Source: Vitrella brassicaformis CCMP3155 (taxonomy: Eukaryota; Protista; Chromerida). From it: a stretch of 64,000 bases of DNA. Made by a program: the position numbers and the translations under genes. The notes below the pieces were generated by a model. The model did no database searches, was not told where the DNA came from, and worked only from the letters and a program-made list of their open reading frames with translations. The stretch is from the NCBI GenBank assembly GCA_001179505.1, contig CDMY01000262.1, forward strand, positions 80,595 through 144,594, given 5' to 3'. Position 1 is the first letter of the stretch, and each line of letters starts with the position of its first letter. Positions 50,211 to 64,000 of the stretch are shown here, piece by piece.

Positions 50211-50753
50211 GGCAGGGATGATCTTGTGGCAGGGACTCGATCCGATATTGCATGATAGAGGGGACGCGATGGACCTTGATTGATGGAGTGGACACAGAGT
50301 ATCTATCGTCTGAATGATTGATCAAGATCTGCAGGCATTTGTTTGTGTCTTTCCCAGGCAGGCACTCTGCTGTATATATGTATGTGCTGGCTCCTTCCTT
50401 ATCTTTTCGATAATGGTGGCTGTCGATTGGCTTGTGAGTATGGTGGGCGGGCTGCGCTCGTGTACGTACCAACTAGGTAGGGCATCACATCCACCGCCGG
50501 CCAGGCCATGGAGGACACAAAGCACCCATCCAACCCACGCACTCGCTGCACTGCACTGCACTGCACGGAAAAAGTAACCGCAGCCATCGCACGCACGGCA
50601 AACGGCAATCAGCCAGGCAGTCGTGGATGGACACACACACAGCCATAGCCTACTATCTCAGCCAGACCACTGCACAGCACGCCGAGTCTCCATGCATTCA
50701 TTTTGGGTTGGTTGTCTTGGATGGTTTTGTGCTTGGTTGGTTGGTTGGTGTGG

Positions 50754-51526
50754 TTAGACGAGCCCTGGAGTATAACAGCGAACAGCAATCAGGTCAGACG
50801 TGGTAGGGTGAAAGAGATGGAATGTAGAAAGAGCTGACCGAGTATTTCCATGCCGGCTTTGCTGAGCTTGAACTCTCCGCTCTGTGTGTAGCCCTTGGGG
50901 CCGGCGGTCTCAATCACCTTGCGGCTGCTTGACAACAGACGGCTGGTCGACATCAGAGGACCGCCTGACACACAACACGCAGACAGACAGACACTCTCAG
51001 TCTCCCTTTCCCCCTCAGTCCCTCCCTCCCTCCCTCCCTGTCTGTCTGACCTGTGGAGGTGAGTGGCTCCCCCCCGGCACCAAACGCGCGTGACTGGACA
51101 TCTGGGGGCAGCTCTCCCTTCTTGGTGGACGGACCGCAGCAGGGCGAGCACGTCGAACCGGCACAACTCTTCTTCGACTTCTTCTTCAGATCCTGCACAT
51201 ACATCCACAGACAGAGACACGCACACACACTCCCTCCCTCCCTCCCTGCGCGTGTGAGTGCGTGTGTTGCGTTGCCCCGCTGTCCGGTGGACTAACCGGC
51301 TGCTCAGGCTGGTAGAGGGTCGGGTCCATGGGTGGAGGAGGAGGCAACTCCCCTCCCTGCACAGTGAGGCCGGGAGCGGGGCCACCGTACACGGGGGGAT
51401 GCTGCTGCTCCTGTCCCTGCTGCTGCTGCTCGACAGTCTGCTCAACCTGCTCCTGGGGAACCTCGGACGCTGAGCAGACCGGGTCACAACCACACAAACA
51501 ACACACACGTGCCCAACACACGACAT
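50754..51526 (-). CDS. Small Q/P-rich protein with basic-Cys cluster, possibly PhIL1-like pellicle protein (tentative)
   Basis: Exons give KKKSKKSCAGSTCSPCCGP then ELPPDVQSRAFG...RKVIETAGPKGYTQSGEFKLSKAGMEILGLV*. The gene is clear; the family call is from recollection. Confidence 0.5.
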
Positions 51527-51890
51527 CGAAAAGTGTGGTGGTGAGCTGCGTGTGGGGGCGCTCAAGGAGGAGCGCTTGACGGTCCGTTGCAGGCAGGCAC
51601 CAAGGGCAGACGTGCTGGGGGTGTCTTACCCATCGTATAGGACAGATGAAGAGAGAGGGAGTCGCTGGGAAACCACTAAGAAGAATGGCTGGCGGGGCCC
51701 GACGCCGACACTCAAACACGAAACCTCAAGGACGGAACCAGACGAAAGACGCACTGCTGCTGCAGAGGATGCCTCACACCACTTCTTGGGGCAGGCACCA
51801 AAAGACTGCGAGCTCTGCATGCAGCCCCCATGCGAGCTTAAAAACTCTGCACATCTATCTCCAACGCGCCACCATGTAATTCGTGAGCGG

Positions 51891-53173
51891 ATGCCTTCTC
51901 TTTCCTTTCTTCCAGTGCGCAGTGTGTGGAAGTCTCTGGTTGCGGCGCTCTTCGGCATGGCGGTGATCACCTTGGCTGAGGATGCCGGTCCAGCGGAGGG
52001 AAAAGAGCGACAGCAGCCTGTCGAGAAGGAGCAGCCAGCACCGCTACCGGCGTTTCGAGCGGCAAACGTGGACTTCAACCTAATCGACTCCACCTTCCAA
52101 GAGTGCAGGGCAACCGGGGTGAGCAGACCGAGACGAGATCAGGAAGCAAAGCACACGCCGGTTGATTGATGGCATCTATCTCTGTGTTCCATTTTCGCAG
52201 GAGTGCATACCGTGCGGTGACATGGAGGGAGAGATGGCTTACTGTAAGCCACGGCAGGCAGACGACTGCACAGTGTGTGTGTGTGTGTTGCTGCGTTATT
52301 GTTGCGTGTGGCTCTCGGCTCTCTCTGTTGGTCAGGCAAGGGCAAAGAGGATGAGATGAAGCAGAAGCAGCCTGTCGAGTGCTCGGTGGCCGAGGGCGAC
52401 AAGGACCCGCCGCTTCTCACCTTGAGACACTTCTACCGCTCATGCACCCCGGCACAAGGTGCGCATACCATCCATCCCCCCTCTCCCCCGTGTGCCTTGG
52501 AACTGAGCTCATGTGTTGGCCTGTCCTGCTGCTGCCCATCATCAGATCCCCAGGAGGTGACGCGCCTCAATCCAGTCGGTCCTCTCACCCTGCGTGACGG
52601 CCGGCCTGCAGAGGAGAAAGCCAAGACGAAGGAGAAGCCGAAAGCCGCCAAAGCTGACTCAAAACCAGAGAACAAGGCACCCCCTGCCGACACCGGCAGC
52701 ATGGTCGGCGTCCCCGTACCAGAAGAGCAGCAGCCGCCTGTCCAACAAGAGGTGCCAGCGCCTGAGCCAGCCGAGCCAGAGAGCCCAGCCAAGGAAGGGT
52801 CGAACGGCCAACCGCCCGCGGCCCCCAGACCAGAGGCCAAACCTGAGCTGCGCGGCCGGGCGGGTGGGAAGGGCAAGAAGGAGAAGGAGAAGGCGGCTGA
52901 TGAGCGGGGCAAGAGCTTCGAGGTGCAGCCAGAGGAGGTGGATGAGCTGCCGACGGTGGTCGGGTTCGAGTTGGCCATGCTGGCCGCCATCCTGTTCTCG
53001 CACCGGTGCATACGGCTGCAGAAGAAGAAACAGGACCGCGTCAGGTGAGGGGAACGGACGGCTGCGGACAACGAAGCCGAGCACTGCACTGACGGGGATG
53101 GCGCTGCGCTTCTGTGGTTTGCTGTCCTGTATGTGTCAGGTATCAGCGCTTGCAGAACATCATGTCGACCTAA
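51891..53173 (+). CDS. JTB (jumping translocation breakpoint)-like type I membrane protein
   Basis: Signal peptide; Cys domain QEC...GECIPC...YC...VEC...YRSC; TM VVGFELAMLAAILF; basic tail RLQKKKQDRVRYQRLQNIMST*. Confidence 0.6.
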
Positions 53174-53691
53174 GACACCTACCTGGTGATGATGCGATCA
53201 TTTTGACAGAGATGCGACTGTCTGGCTGTCTGCCGAGGCTGAGTGATACGCTGACTCGAATTCATTCACCTGTGGTGTGGTGTATGTCTATCATGACAAT
53301 TTGTCTGTATGTGGGTATCTTCTTTTTCGTGACGACGCGAACATACATGAGATCTGGCTGGCTACTTACGCGGACTGACTTGTCAATCAAACCTCTGCCC
53401 GTATGTGTGTACGTATGTACACCCTCACTGATAGGCCCAATTCGCAACATACACAACCTCGCCTTTGCGCTGCAATGGGGCTTCCGGGGTGAAACGCTTC
53501 GCATTTCCCCTTTTCTCGGGACACGGCGGGAGACGCTGCAGATCTTTGCCAAGGGATCTGTTTGACACCATCTTGCTGAGAGGCGCTTGGGCGGATCTGT
53601 TTGACCACGCATCAGCCGAAGGCTGCTGCTTTGCTGAAATCAGGCGTTGGGCGAGAGAACACCAGGCTGTTGGGCGAGGCAGGAGTAGACC

Positions 53692-56600
53692 ATGAGGGAG
53701 AACGAAGGCAAGCGCAGTGACCACAAGAGAGGCCTGTGTGTTGTCTGCACAGGGGGTGGTTTCACCTTCTGATTGTCTGCTTCTCTCGTGGCTGTGGTGT
53801 GTTGCTTGTGTATGTTCAGCGAATGGCAACACAACACCCGTCCACTCCAACCAGAAGCACAAGGAGATAGCAGAGTTGACCAAGGCGAGTCTGCCGCCTC
53901 CCCAGCCGCTGCCGTCCAAGGGCAGCGATGAGGGCGGGGAGGAGATGGCCACACTCACCCTGCCAGACGGCCGCACACACAAGCTGCGGGTCCTCAAGCC
54001 GACCTGCGGGTGAGCAAGGCGGGCTGACAGGCAGAAAGGCACGGGTGGAGCATCAATCATGGGCCTTTTGTGTGTGTGTGTGTGTGTTTGGCAGGAATCA
54101 GACGTTCATTGACATAAGAGATTTGCTTTCCGCGACCAATGCTGCCACATTCGACCCAGGTGAGGTCACACACACACACACACACACACGCCTCTGCTCT
54201 GCCGCTGGATGGATGGGTGTGCTGTTGTGTTCGGTTGGTTGTCCCATCAGGTTACAGCTCGAGCGCTTCGTGTTGCTCTGCGATAACCTATATCGATGGC
54301 GACAAAGGCACCTGCCTGTACCGAGGGTAATAGGGTCACAGGGACACCCAAGACAGGCGGGCAGGCAGGCAGGCAGGTACCCGGCAACCACGATGTGTCG
54401 GTTTGTGTGTCTGTCTGTGTGTCTGTCTGTCTGTGTGTGTTTCCCATCCACTTCAGGTATCCGGTGCACGAGCTGGTGGAGAAGTCCCACTTCGAGGAGG
54501 TAGCCTACCTGCTCATGTACGCGCGCTCTGCACGAAGGAACCACACGCACGCTCGCATGATGGCGGGACGGACGGACGGACGGATTAAGTGTGCTGTGTG
54601 TGTGATTAGGTACGGGGAGGTGCCCGCAGAGAACGTCAGGCTCATGTTCGAGAAACAGGTCACCACCGAAACACACGACAAAGCGAGAGGCGCATCGACA
54701 TTCTGTTGTGTGCTGGTTGTTGGTGCAGTTGAAGTCGGAGATGTTGGTGCACGAAAGGCTCAAAAACTTCTTCACCGAGTTCCTCACTGGTACACGGAGA
54801 AGGACGAGATACATTCACGTGGCCCGGTATAAACGTGCCGCTACTCCCATGCAGGTGCTCACCCCATGGCGATGCTCGCGACTGTCGTGGCCGCTCTGTC
54901 GTCCTTCTTCGTCGACCCCATGGACCTCAACGACGCCGAAGAGCGAGAACTCGTAAGCGATGAGGAGGAGGCAGGAGAAAACCCCTCTTTGATTCATTCT
55001 TATCTCTGTCGTCCGTCTGTGTGTGTTTGTCAGGCCATCATCCGTCTGATAGCCAAGATGCCGACCATTGTCGGCATGTGCTACAAGACAGCAGTGGGCG
55101 AGCCCTTCAACTACCCGCGGGTAACCTGCCCGCCGCCAAACAGACACACAGACACACACCGCAGTGGTTCTCGGCCTGTGTGTCAGATGCATATGTCGTT
55201 TGCCGAGAACCTGCTATACATGATGTTCGCGAGGCCCCTCGAGGAGTACACCGTCGACCCCCTCCATGCCAAGATCGTCGATGCGTTCCTCATTCTACAC
55301 GCGGACCATGAGCAGAACGCATCGACGAGCACCGTCAGGACGGCAGGGTGAACAACACATGGAGCGAGGGCGGGGGGCGAGGAGGGAGGGATCACAATGC
55401 TCCCTGTGTGTCGGTCTGTGCTGTTGTGCAGGTCGAGTCGTGCGAACCCTTACGCGTGTGTTGCTGCGGGCATCACGGCGCTCTGGGGCCGTGCTCATGG
55501 CGGGGCCAACGAGGCCGTCATCAAGATGCTGAAGGAGATTGGCGATGGTGAGCGGGGAAGCGTCGATGCACATGCACAGCGCATTCGCATTCCATTAGCT
55601 CCCTCTGTATGTGTCCGTGTGCGTGTCTGTCTCAGTGTCAGGGGTGCCTGACTTCGTGCAGAAGGTCAAGGACAAGAAGGTGCGGCTGATGGGCTTCGGC
55701 CACCGCATCTACAAGGTAAAAGAGATGATTGGCGTGACCCACTGACATGATCGATGCCCTGCGGTCTCTGTGCGTGTCGTCAGAACTACGACCCCCGTGC
55801 CATTGCCATGCGAGGACTCTGTCGCCAGTGAGCTTCCCCCTGCACATCGGCACCTCCAAAGAATCACCCTGATGTGTCTGCCTTTGATGTATGCCCTTTG
55901 CTCAGATTGTTTGAGGCCGGCACACAGAGGGACCCGCTGTTTGACCTGGCCATGGCTCTGGAAGAGGTGAGCTGACACACGGAAACCCCACAGAAGGGCG
56001 TCATTGCATCGTGGCTCCTGCGTGGGTGTGTCTCTCTGTGTGTGCAGGTGGCGTTGTCCGACGACTACTTCGTCAAGCGCAAGCTCTACCCGAATGTACT
56101 GTACTCGTCTGTGTGCCCTCCCTATCTGCATGCAGCCACGGACTGAATTGCTATGGTTGTGGGTGTGTCGTGGTGATCAGGTCGACTTCTACTCGGGCAT
56201 CGTGCTGCGGGCCATAGGCATACCACAGGAGATGTTTACCGTCATGTAAGCAGGCCCATGGATGAGGAAGCCTGCCTGCAGCAACGGGAGATGTGGTCGG
56301 TCGGTTGTGTCGTCTGCAGGTTTGCCCTCGGCAGGACCGTGGGCTGGCTGTCGCACTGGAAGGAGGTCGGCCACAGAGACACACACACACAAATGACACG
56401 GGCGACACATCCGTGTGTACGTTCAGATGATCCAGGAACAGCAAATGAAGATATGCCGCCCACGACAGCTCTACGTCGGACCAACGGTGAGTCTGTGTAC
56501 TGAGGTATCCAATGCCCAAGGCCCACGAACGACCCTGTCTTTGGTTTGTTTGTGTTCCAGGAGCGTGCGTACATCAGCCCGGCAGAGATATCGGCTGAGC

Positions 56601-57171
56601 GTCTGCGTGCCCCGTCGCCCCCGCCCCGCTCAGAGCCCCAGTCAGAGGAGTCGGTGTCAATCGCCAGGCAACCATCCGACATACCACGACACAGAACAAA
56701 GGTCAGCCACACAGACATCCCCATGTTCACAAGGAGAGCAGCTGACCCTTGTGTGGTCTGTCTGTCTGTCTGTCAGGTGGTCATCGAGGCGCCGAGCATC
56801 GAGAGCGAGTACATCAACGAGTTCATGCCCACAGGTACGTACATGCGAACAGCCAGCCACACACACACATACCCACCTGTGTTTGTTATATGTGTCTTAC
56901 GTCTGATATAATATCTATGTGTGCAGAGACCGAGATGTCCAAGCATTTCGATTTCCACAAGGTGCAGGCGATGGTGGTGAAGCGGCTGTCGTCGGACAGA
57001 CGGTCAACCCGAGGCGAGCCACTTGGGTCCCCCTTCCCCTTCATCCGCCAGTCGGAGTCCGAGTGGGATGATCACCATTTCAACCCAGACGACCCGGCTC
57101 CACAGACGCCCACCAGCAGGGAGCGTCTGGACAGTCTGTCCATGCTCAGCTCGGGATCTGCCGGCGGCTGA
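53692..57171 (+). CDS. gltA: Citrate synthase, bacterial type II / plant peroxisomal-like, with N- and C-terminal extensions
   Basis: [89 protein letters not shown]. Confidence 0.95.
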
Positions 57172-57743
57172 TGCATGTGGGATCATAGGTGCTGGTCGTG
57201 GTGGTGAAAATGTCTCGCGTGCGTGTGGATCAAGTGCTTTTTTCCCTGTAACGGGACACACGGGTGCGTTCATGTGTGTGGGGCGGTGTTTCTTCTGTGT
57301 AGTCGGTAGGCGGGCTTGCTTGGGTGTAATGTGGTGCGGTGATGGTCGGCTGGGAGAGATCGGTTTTGACGCTAATTGGCGTACGTAGCCTGGGAATGAA
57401 CGAAAGGATGATCATGTGTGAACGTCGGTAAGTAGGACTGGCATGTCTGTCTGTCGTCCGTGGAAGTGTCTCGGCTGCTCTGCGTCTTTTTCCTTGTCGA
57501 TAAGGAGGGAACGATCGAATGAACGAATGAATGAATGAATGTGTATGTGTGTGTATGTATGGGTGTGTATGTTTATGTATGTGTGTGTACGTGTGTGTCT
57601 CAGCGTGATCGAGGTGTACGTCTGACCGGACGAGAGAGCACTCAACTCAACAGACAAACAAGCACTGTGTGTGTCTGTCCATCAATGGATTGATTGACTG
57701 ATTTGACTCATTCATCCCGTGTCTGTCTGTCTGATCAGCAAGC

Positions 57744-60125
<2,382 letters not shown>

Positions 60126-60290
60126 ATAAACACACACACAGACGAACAGACAGATGTGAGACCGGCGCACACACAATGCATTGTATCAGACTGATGCATG
60201 TGTGAGTCTTCACGCTCTCATGAAAGAAACAACAGACTTGTGTCTTAGCCCCTGTCAGCCGTCTGCAGCAGGTGGACAACGGCCTGCGCT

Positions 60291-63200
60291 TCAGTCTGAC
60301 TGGACCAATGCGCAGTGCGTTGCCCGATCGCATCTAACAGCTGACAGGGTACATGAAGGACATGAGCCGGTCCCACAGTATACACACACAAGTCCGTTTT
60401 ACTCGCAAACCGCTCCCACGACCGTCTCAAACACAGACAGCGGCGGCCAGTGCGGCCACATCCTCATCCCTCACTGTCTGTGCCCGCCGCAGCCACGCCA
60501 TCACCACCACCAACGCGTAACGCACCACACCACACACACCATCATCACGGAATACACTCCGCCCCCAGCCAGCGTTGTTCAGGCAGATCGCCAGAAGCAC
60601 CACCGCCAACAAGGACTCCTGCACCTGACCACACACACACACACATCGATGAGGATGTCTGACGTGTGGGGGGTGGGGTGTGTGTCATATACCCTGGTGT
60701 CGACAGTGAGGAAGAGGCCCCGCAGCGGTCCAGAGAAGTGCCGCCCGGGCTTCTTGGCGGCACGCAGCACGGCCGCACATGCGGCGAACAGGTCGGCAGC
60801 CACATACAGACCGCCGTCACTGGCAGTCTGACCACAAGACGCACGGACGCATCCCCTTGTTGTTTGTTCTTGTTGCGTGCGTTGCACTCTGCACTCACCC
60901 TGAGGTTGTGTATGGTAGCTGTGACGGCCTCTCTGTGCGATGCCCCCGGAGGGCAGCACTTCCATCCCAGCAGCAGCTGCTCGATCCGCATCTCGTAGAT
61001 GTGCACTGCCGACGAGCGGGTGTCCTTCAGACCAAACACAAACATCCGGCCCATACCCCACGACACACCCGTCCTGAAGACGCCAACAGACAACAGACAA
61101 CAGACAACAGACAGACAACAGGCGAGCACCGTTTTCTGGTTCTTGTGGCGCTTGTCATGATTGTGTGGTTACGTGCGTGCGCCAGGGGGCCGTTTGTTTG
61201 GCGGCATGTCGGTGGTGCTGCCGGTGGGGAGCGATGCCGCCATGGGTCTCGCCCGGGGGCTCCTGGTGCTGGCCGTGTGGGCGCTGTCAGACGGACAGGC
61301 AGCGCTCGCCGCACGCAGAGTCCGCAGTGACGACTCAACCCACTCCTGATTTGAGAAAAACCGAACAACTCCGTCATGGGTGCTGTTTGTCCTGATGAGT
61401 GTGGTGTGTACCTGGGTGAGGTCGTCTACGTGAACGGTCGATGGCACCAGCTCCAGCAGCTTGGCGTATTGTGCGCCATAGAGTGGCGGCCACATGTCGG
61501 CGTGGATGGCGAAAGACCCGCTTCCTGCATCGAGAGAGGGGCAGAGTTCGTACACCAGACTCTGCTGCAGGGCCTGGTCGAAGACCCGCAGGCAGGCACC
61601 GTCGTCATCCACTCGTTCGGCAGAGGGCACCTGTTGCCACAGACACACAGGGTGGGTGGGTGCGTGGTGCGACAAATGACCGTTTTCCTGTCCACCTCAT
61701 CGCACTCACCACAGCTGCGTCAGCTGTGTGCTCCTCCATGGATGCAACGAGTGACTGCAGCCGCTGCAGCAACCCCCGGAGCTCGGCACTCCGATTCGCC
61801 TCACGTCGCACTTCATCTGAACACCAATTCAACAGACACAAATCGGTAGGTAAGTGAACACCCAATAAGATCAGTCGCTGGCCTGGTGTGCGTTACCTAC
61901 CTTTGCCGCGCTGCCCATCTGCCGCCGCGACTCCATCGCTCCTTGTCGCTTCCATGTGCCATGTGGCCACCGTCTCGTCCCCACACGCAACCATCACGCG
62001 ACCAGCCGACACGCACATGCGTGTGGCCTCCAGAGGCAAGTTGGTCTGGCCGAAGGGGTGGTGCATCTCATGTGTGCGTGGGTCGATGACGTACGCACGT
62101 GCGACGGGGACGGCCTTGCCGGAGGAGGCCGGTTCTTCGGAGATGCCGCACACAAGCAGGCAGCCGTGGTGGTCGGGGTGCTTGTCTGCACACATTAGGG
62201 GCTTCGTCAGGGCCTGAAGGCGGCAGAGGCGAGAGACAGACAAAGAGAGAGAGGTATGCAGACATGGCTGGCAGGAGAGATGCGTGCATGGCTGAGATTG
62301 TTACCGTACCGTCTCCACGAGTGTGGCGCATGTGCTGTCGGCCGTCCCCCATCTCTGTATGACCGTCGCTGGCGCATCCCGCCGCCACCCACAAGTCACA
62401 AGCGACCCTGACCTGAAGTAGTGAGGCAACCATCAACCACGAGGGACGACGCTCTTCTAGCTTCTGATGACTTTCGCCCTTGTAAGCTTACCCCGTCCAC
62501 TCGATCCCCTGTATGGGGAATGGAGCCGCCAGGCATCTGACGGGTGCACGGGGCGAGCGGATGTCGAGGACATGGATCATGTTGAACGAGGCCTGCGCCA
62601 GCAGGTGGAACTCGTCGGGACACCACCTGTCCATCATCAACCAGAGAAGAGACCACAAGTCAATAATAGAGGCATTTTTCAAAGTGGAAGGCCATTCCCG
62701 TCTGTCGTCGAAATCACCTGAGCGTGGTAGCGTGCTGCGGGATGGTTCCTGCGGACATGATGGGCCGATTCCCCAGCACGACCGTCGGGGAGCACACAGA
62801 TGCATCGACCCCCTCGTCACGCCACCTGTCGACGGACGCACACGCACGCATTCATAAGCCGCTTGAGAAGGCAAACGGCCAAGCAATCAGCTGGCTGTCA
62901 CCTACCGTGCAGGCCGTCTGACATCCCAGATGCAGATGGCCCCGTCGGCAGGGCTGCTGCCGCATAGCAGCGCCGGCACACGCGGGCACCATTCACAACC
63001 TGATTGACACCAGCAAGCCACGGGCATCGCTCGTTTGTTCATGTACGTGTCACATCGCACGTAACGTACACACATACAGTAAGTACTTGGCTGGCTGGGT
63101 GTGCCAGGGTGGATGACATTCCTCGCAGCCGAGCCCCTGAATGTGGGCTCCTTGCCCCCCTGACCCGGGTCGTACACGTGCATGTGTGTGGAGTGTAAGG

Positions 63201-63617
63201 ATGCCGTGCAGCACGCCAGCTGACACCCCCGACTCATGTCAATGGATCCCATGCCGTCGGCTCCATCCACCTTCAACAAGACAACAAACACAAGACAAGC
63301 ACCATGGATACGGTGACACACTGTCCGGTGCGGGAGAGCACTGACCTCTGCAACAAATCGCCGATATGCGACAGATCTCTCAGCGCTTTGGAAGTCGAGC
63401 AGCAGCACATCGCGGCTGTCGGCGGCCTCGGCAGTGCGCTGCTTCTTCCGACTCAACAGACAGGCGCCGTGACGGCCATCTGTACGTGAATGCAGTGAAT
63501 GCAGTGCATCAAGTGCAATTGTCGTGTGCTTGCCTCTGGCTGGCTAGCTGACTGACCTTGTGTGAGAGCAATTGCCTCGTGTGCCCGCGGCAGACGAAGA
63601 GAGGTGCCAGTCGCCAT
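60291..63617 (-). CDS. WD40-repeat protein, WDR59/SEA3 (GATOR2)-like (tentative); 3' end approximate
   Basis: CEWCPRVPALLCGSSPADGAICIWDVR and RWCPDEFHLLAQASFNMIHVLDIRSPRAPVRCLAAPFPIQGIEW follow the repeat order I recall for the WDR59 N-terminus; Cys-rich C-terminal exon. Confidence 0.6.
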
Positions 63618-63824
63618 GGTCCTGACGTGCATGAACAGAGATCAATGAATCAATGTACAGGAGTGAGTCTTTTGATGCCCACACCCGCGCTGCGCTGGCA
63701 CCGCTTCCGATTCTGACAGGCAGGGTTTAGGGCTACCTTGAAACCGCTCTCTCCTGCTCTCTTTCACCCAGTAGTTCATTTCCCCAGGCTTTTCCCCACC
63801 GACCGAAACCCCATCCCACTCTAC

Positions 63825-63906
63825 CAGGTGTGCGCCATTGTCGCTCTCTACATCAGGTGTGCGCCATTGTCGCTCTCTACATCAGGTGTGTGCCATTGTC
63901 GCTCTC
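63825..63906. repeat. 29-bp tandem repeat CAGGTGTGCGCCATTGTCGCTCTCTACAT x ~2.8 upstream of the WD40 gene
   Basis: Read directly; the third copy has a C-to-T change and is truncated. Confidence 0.85.
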
Positions 63907-64000
63907 ACTCGTCTCACTCGGGCCGCCCTCGCTCCGCTCGGGCTCTTCCCACTGCCGCTTTCGGCAAAATGACCCGGTGTGGGACCTGAACCCATACCAT

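Noticed and set aside
53708-53819. GC-AG first intron of citrate synthase as a proven non-canonical intron
   Set aside because: An in-frame GT donor at 53756 could also be used, so the GC donor is not required.

Overview
Intron-rich eukaryotic genomic DNA with short introns full of (CA)n/(GA)n/(CAGA)n microsatellites and three 300-N assembly gaps. Intron style and gene content suggest the chromerid alveolate Vitrella brassicaformis or a close relative (inference). About 19 protein-coding genes can be reconstructed by hand-splicing, in order: MFS sugar transporter (-, truncated), an apparent ERG26/NSDHL-CYP51 sterol-demethylation fusion (+), PARP (-), a lineage-specific family gene (-), an FPGT-plus-fucokinase fusion (+), an egghead/BRE-3-like beta-1,4-mannosyltransferase (+), a large coiled-coil gene (-), a small Zn-ribbon gene (+), an inverted second egghead copy mostly hidden in a gap (-), a secreted protein with a zona pellucida (ZP)-like module, furin-type site and beta-strand-rich tail (+), two hypothetical genes, an ABCG half-transporter (-), a CEP83-like protein (+), a tentative PhIL1-like protein (-), a JTB-like protein (+), a bacterial type-II-like citrate synthase (+), a pepsin-family aspartyl protease (+) and a WDR59-like WD40 protein (-). 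The strongest leads are the ZP-like module outside animals, the ERG26-CYP51 fusion, the FPGT-FUK fusion and a recent inverted duplication. All gene models are manual and unverified by RNA data. No rRNA, tRNA, CRISPR or transposase was recognised.
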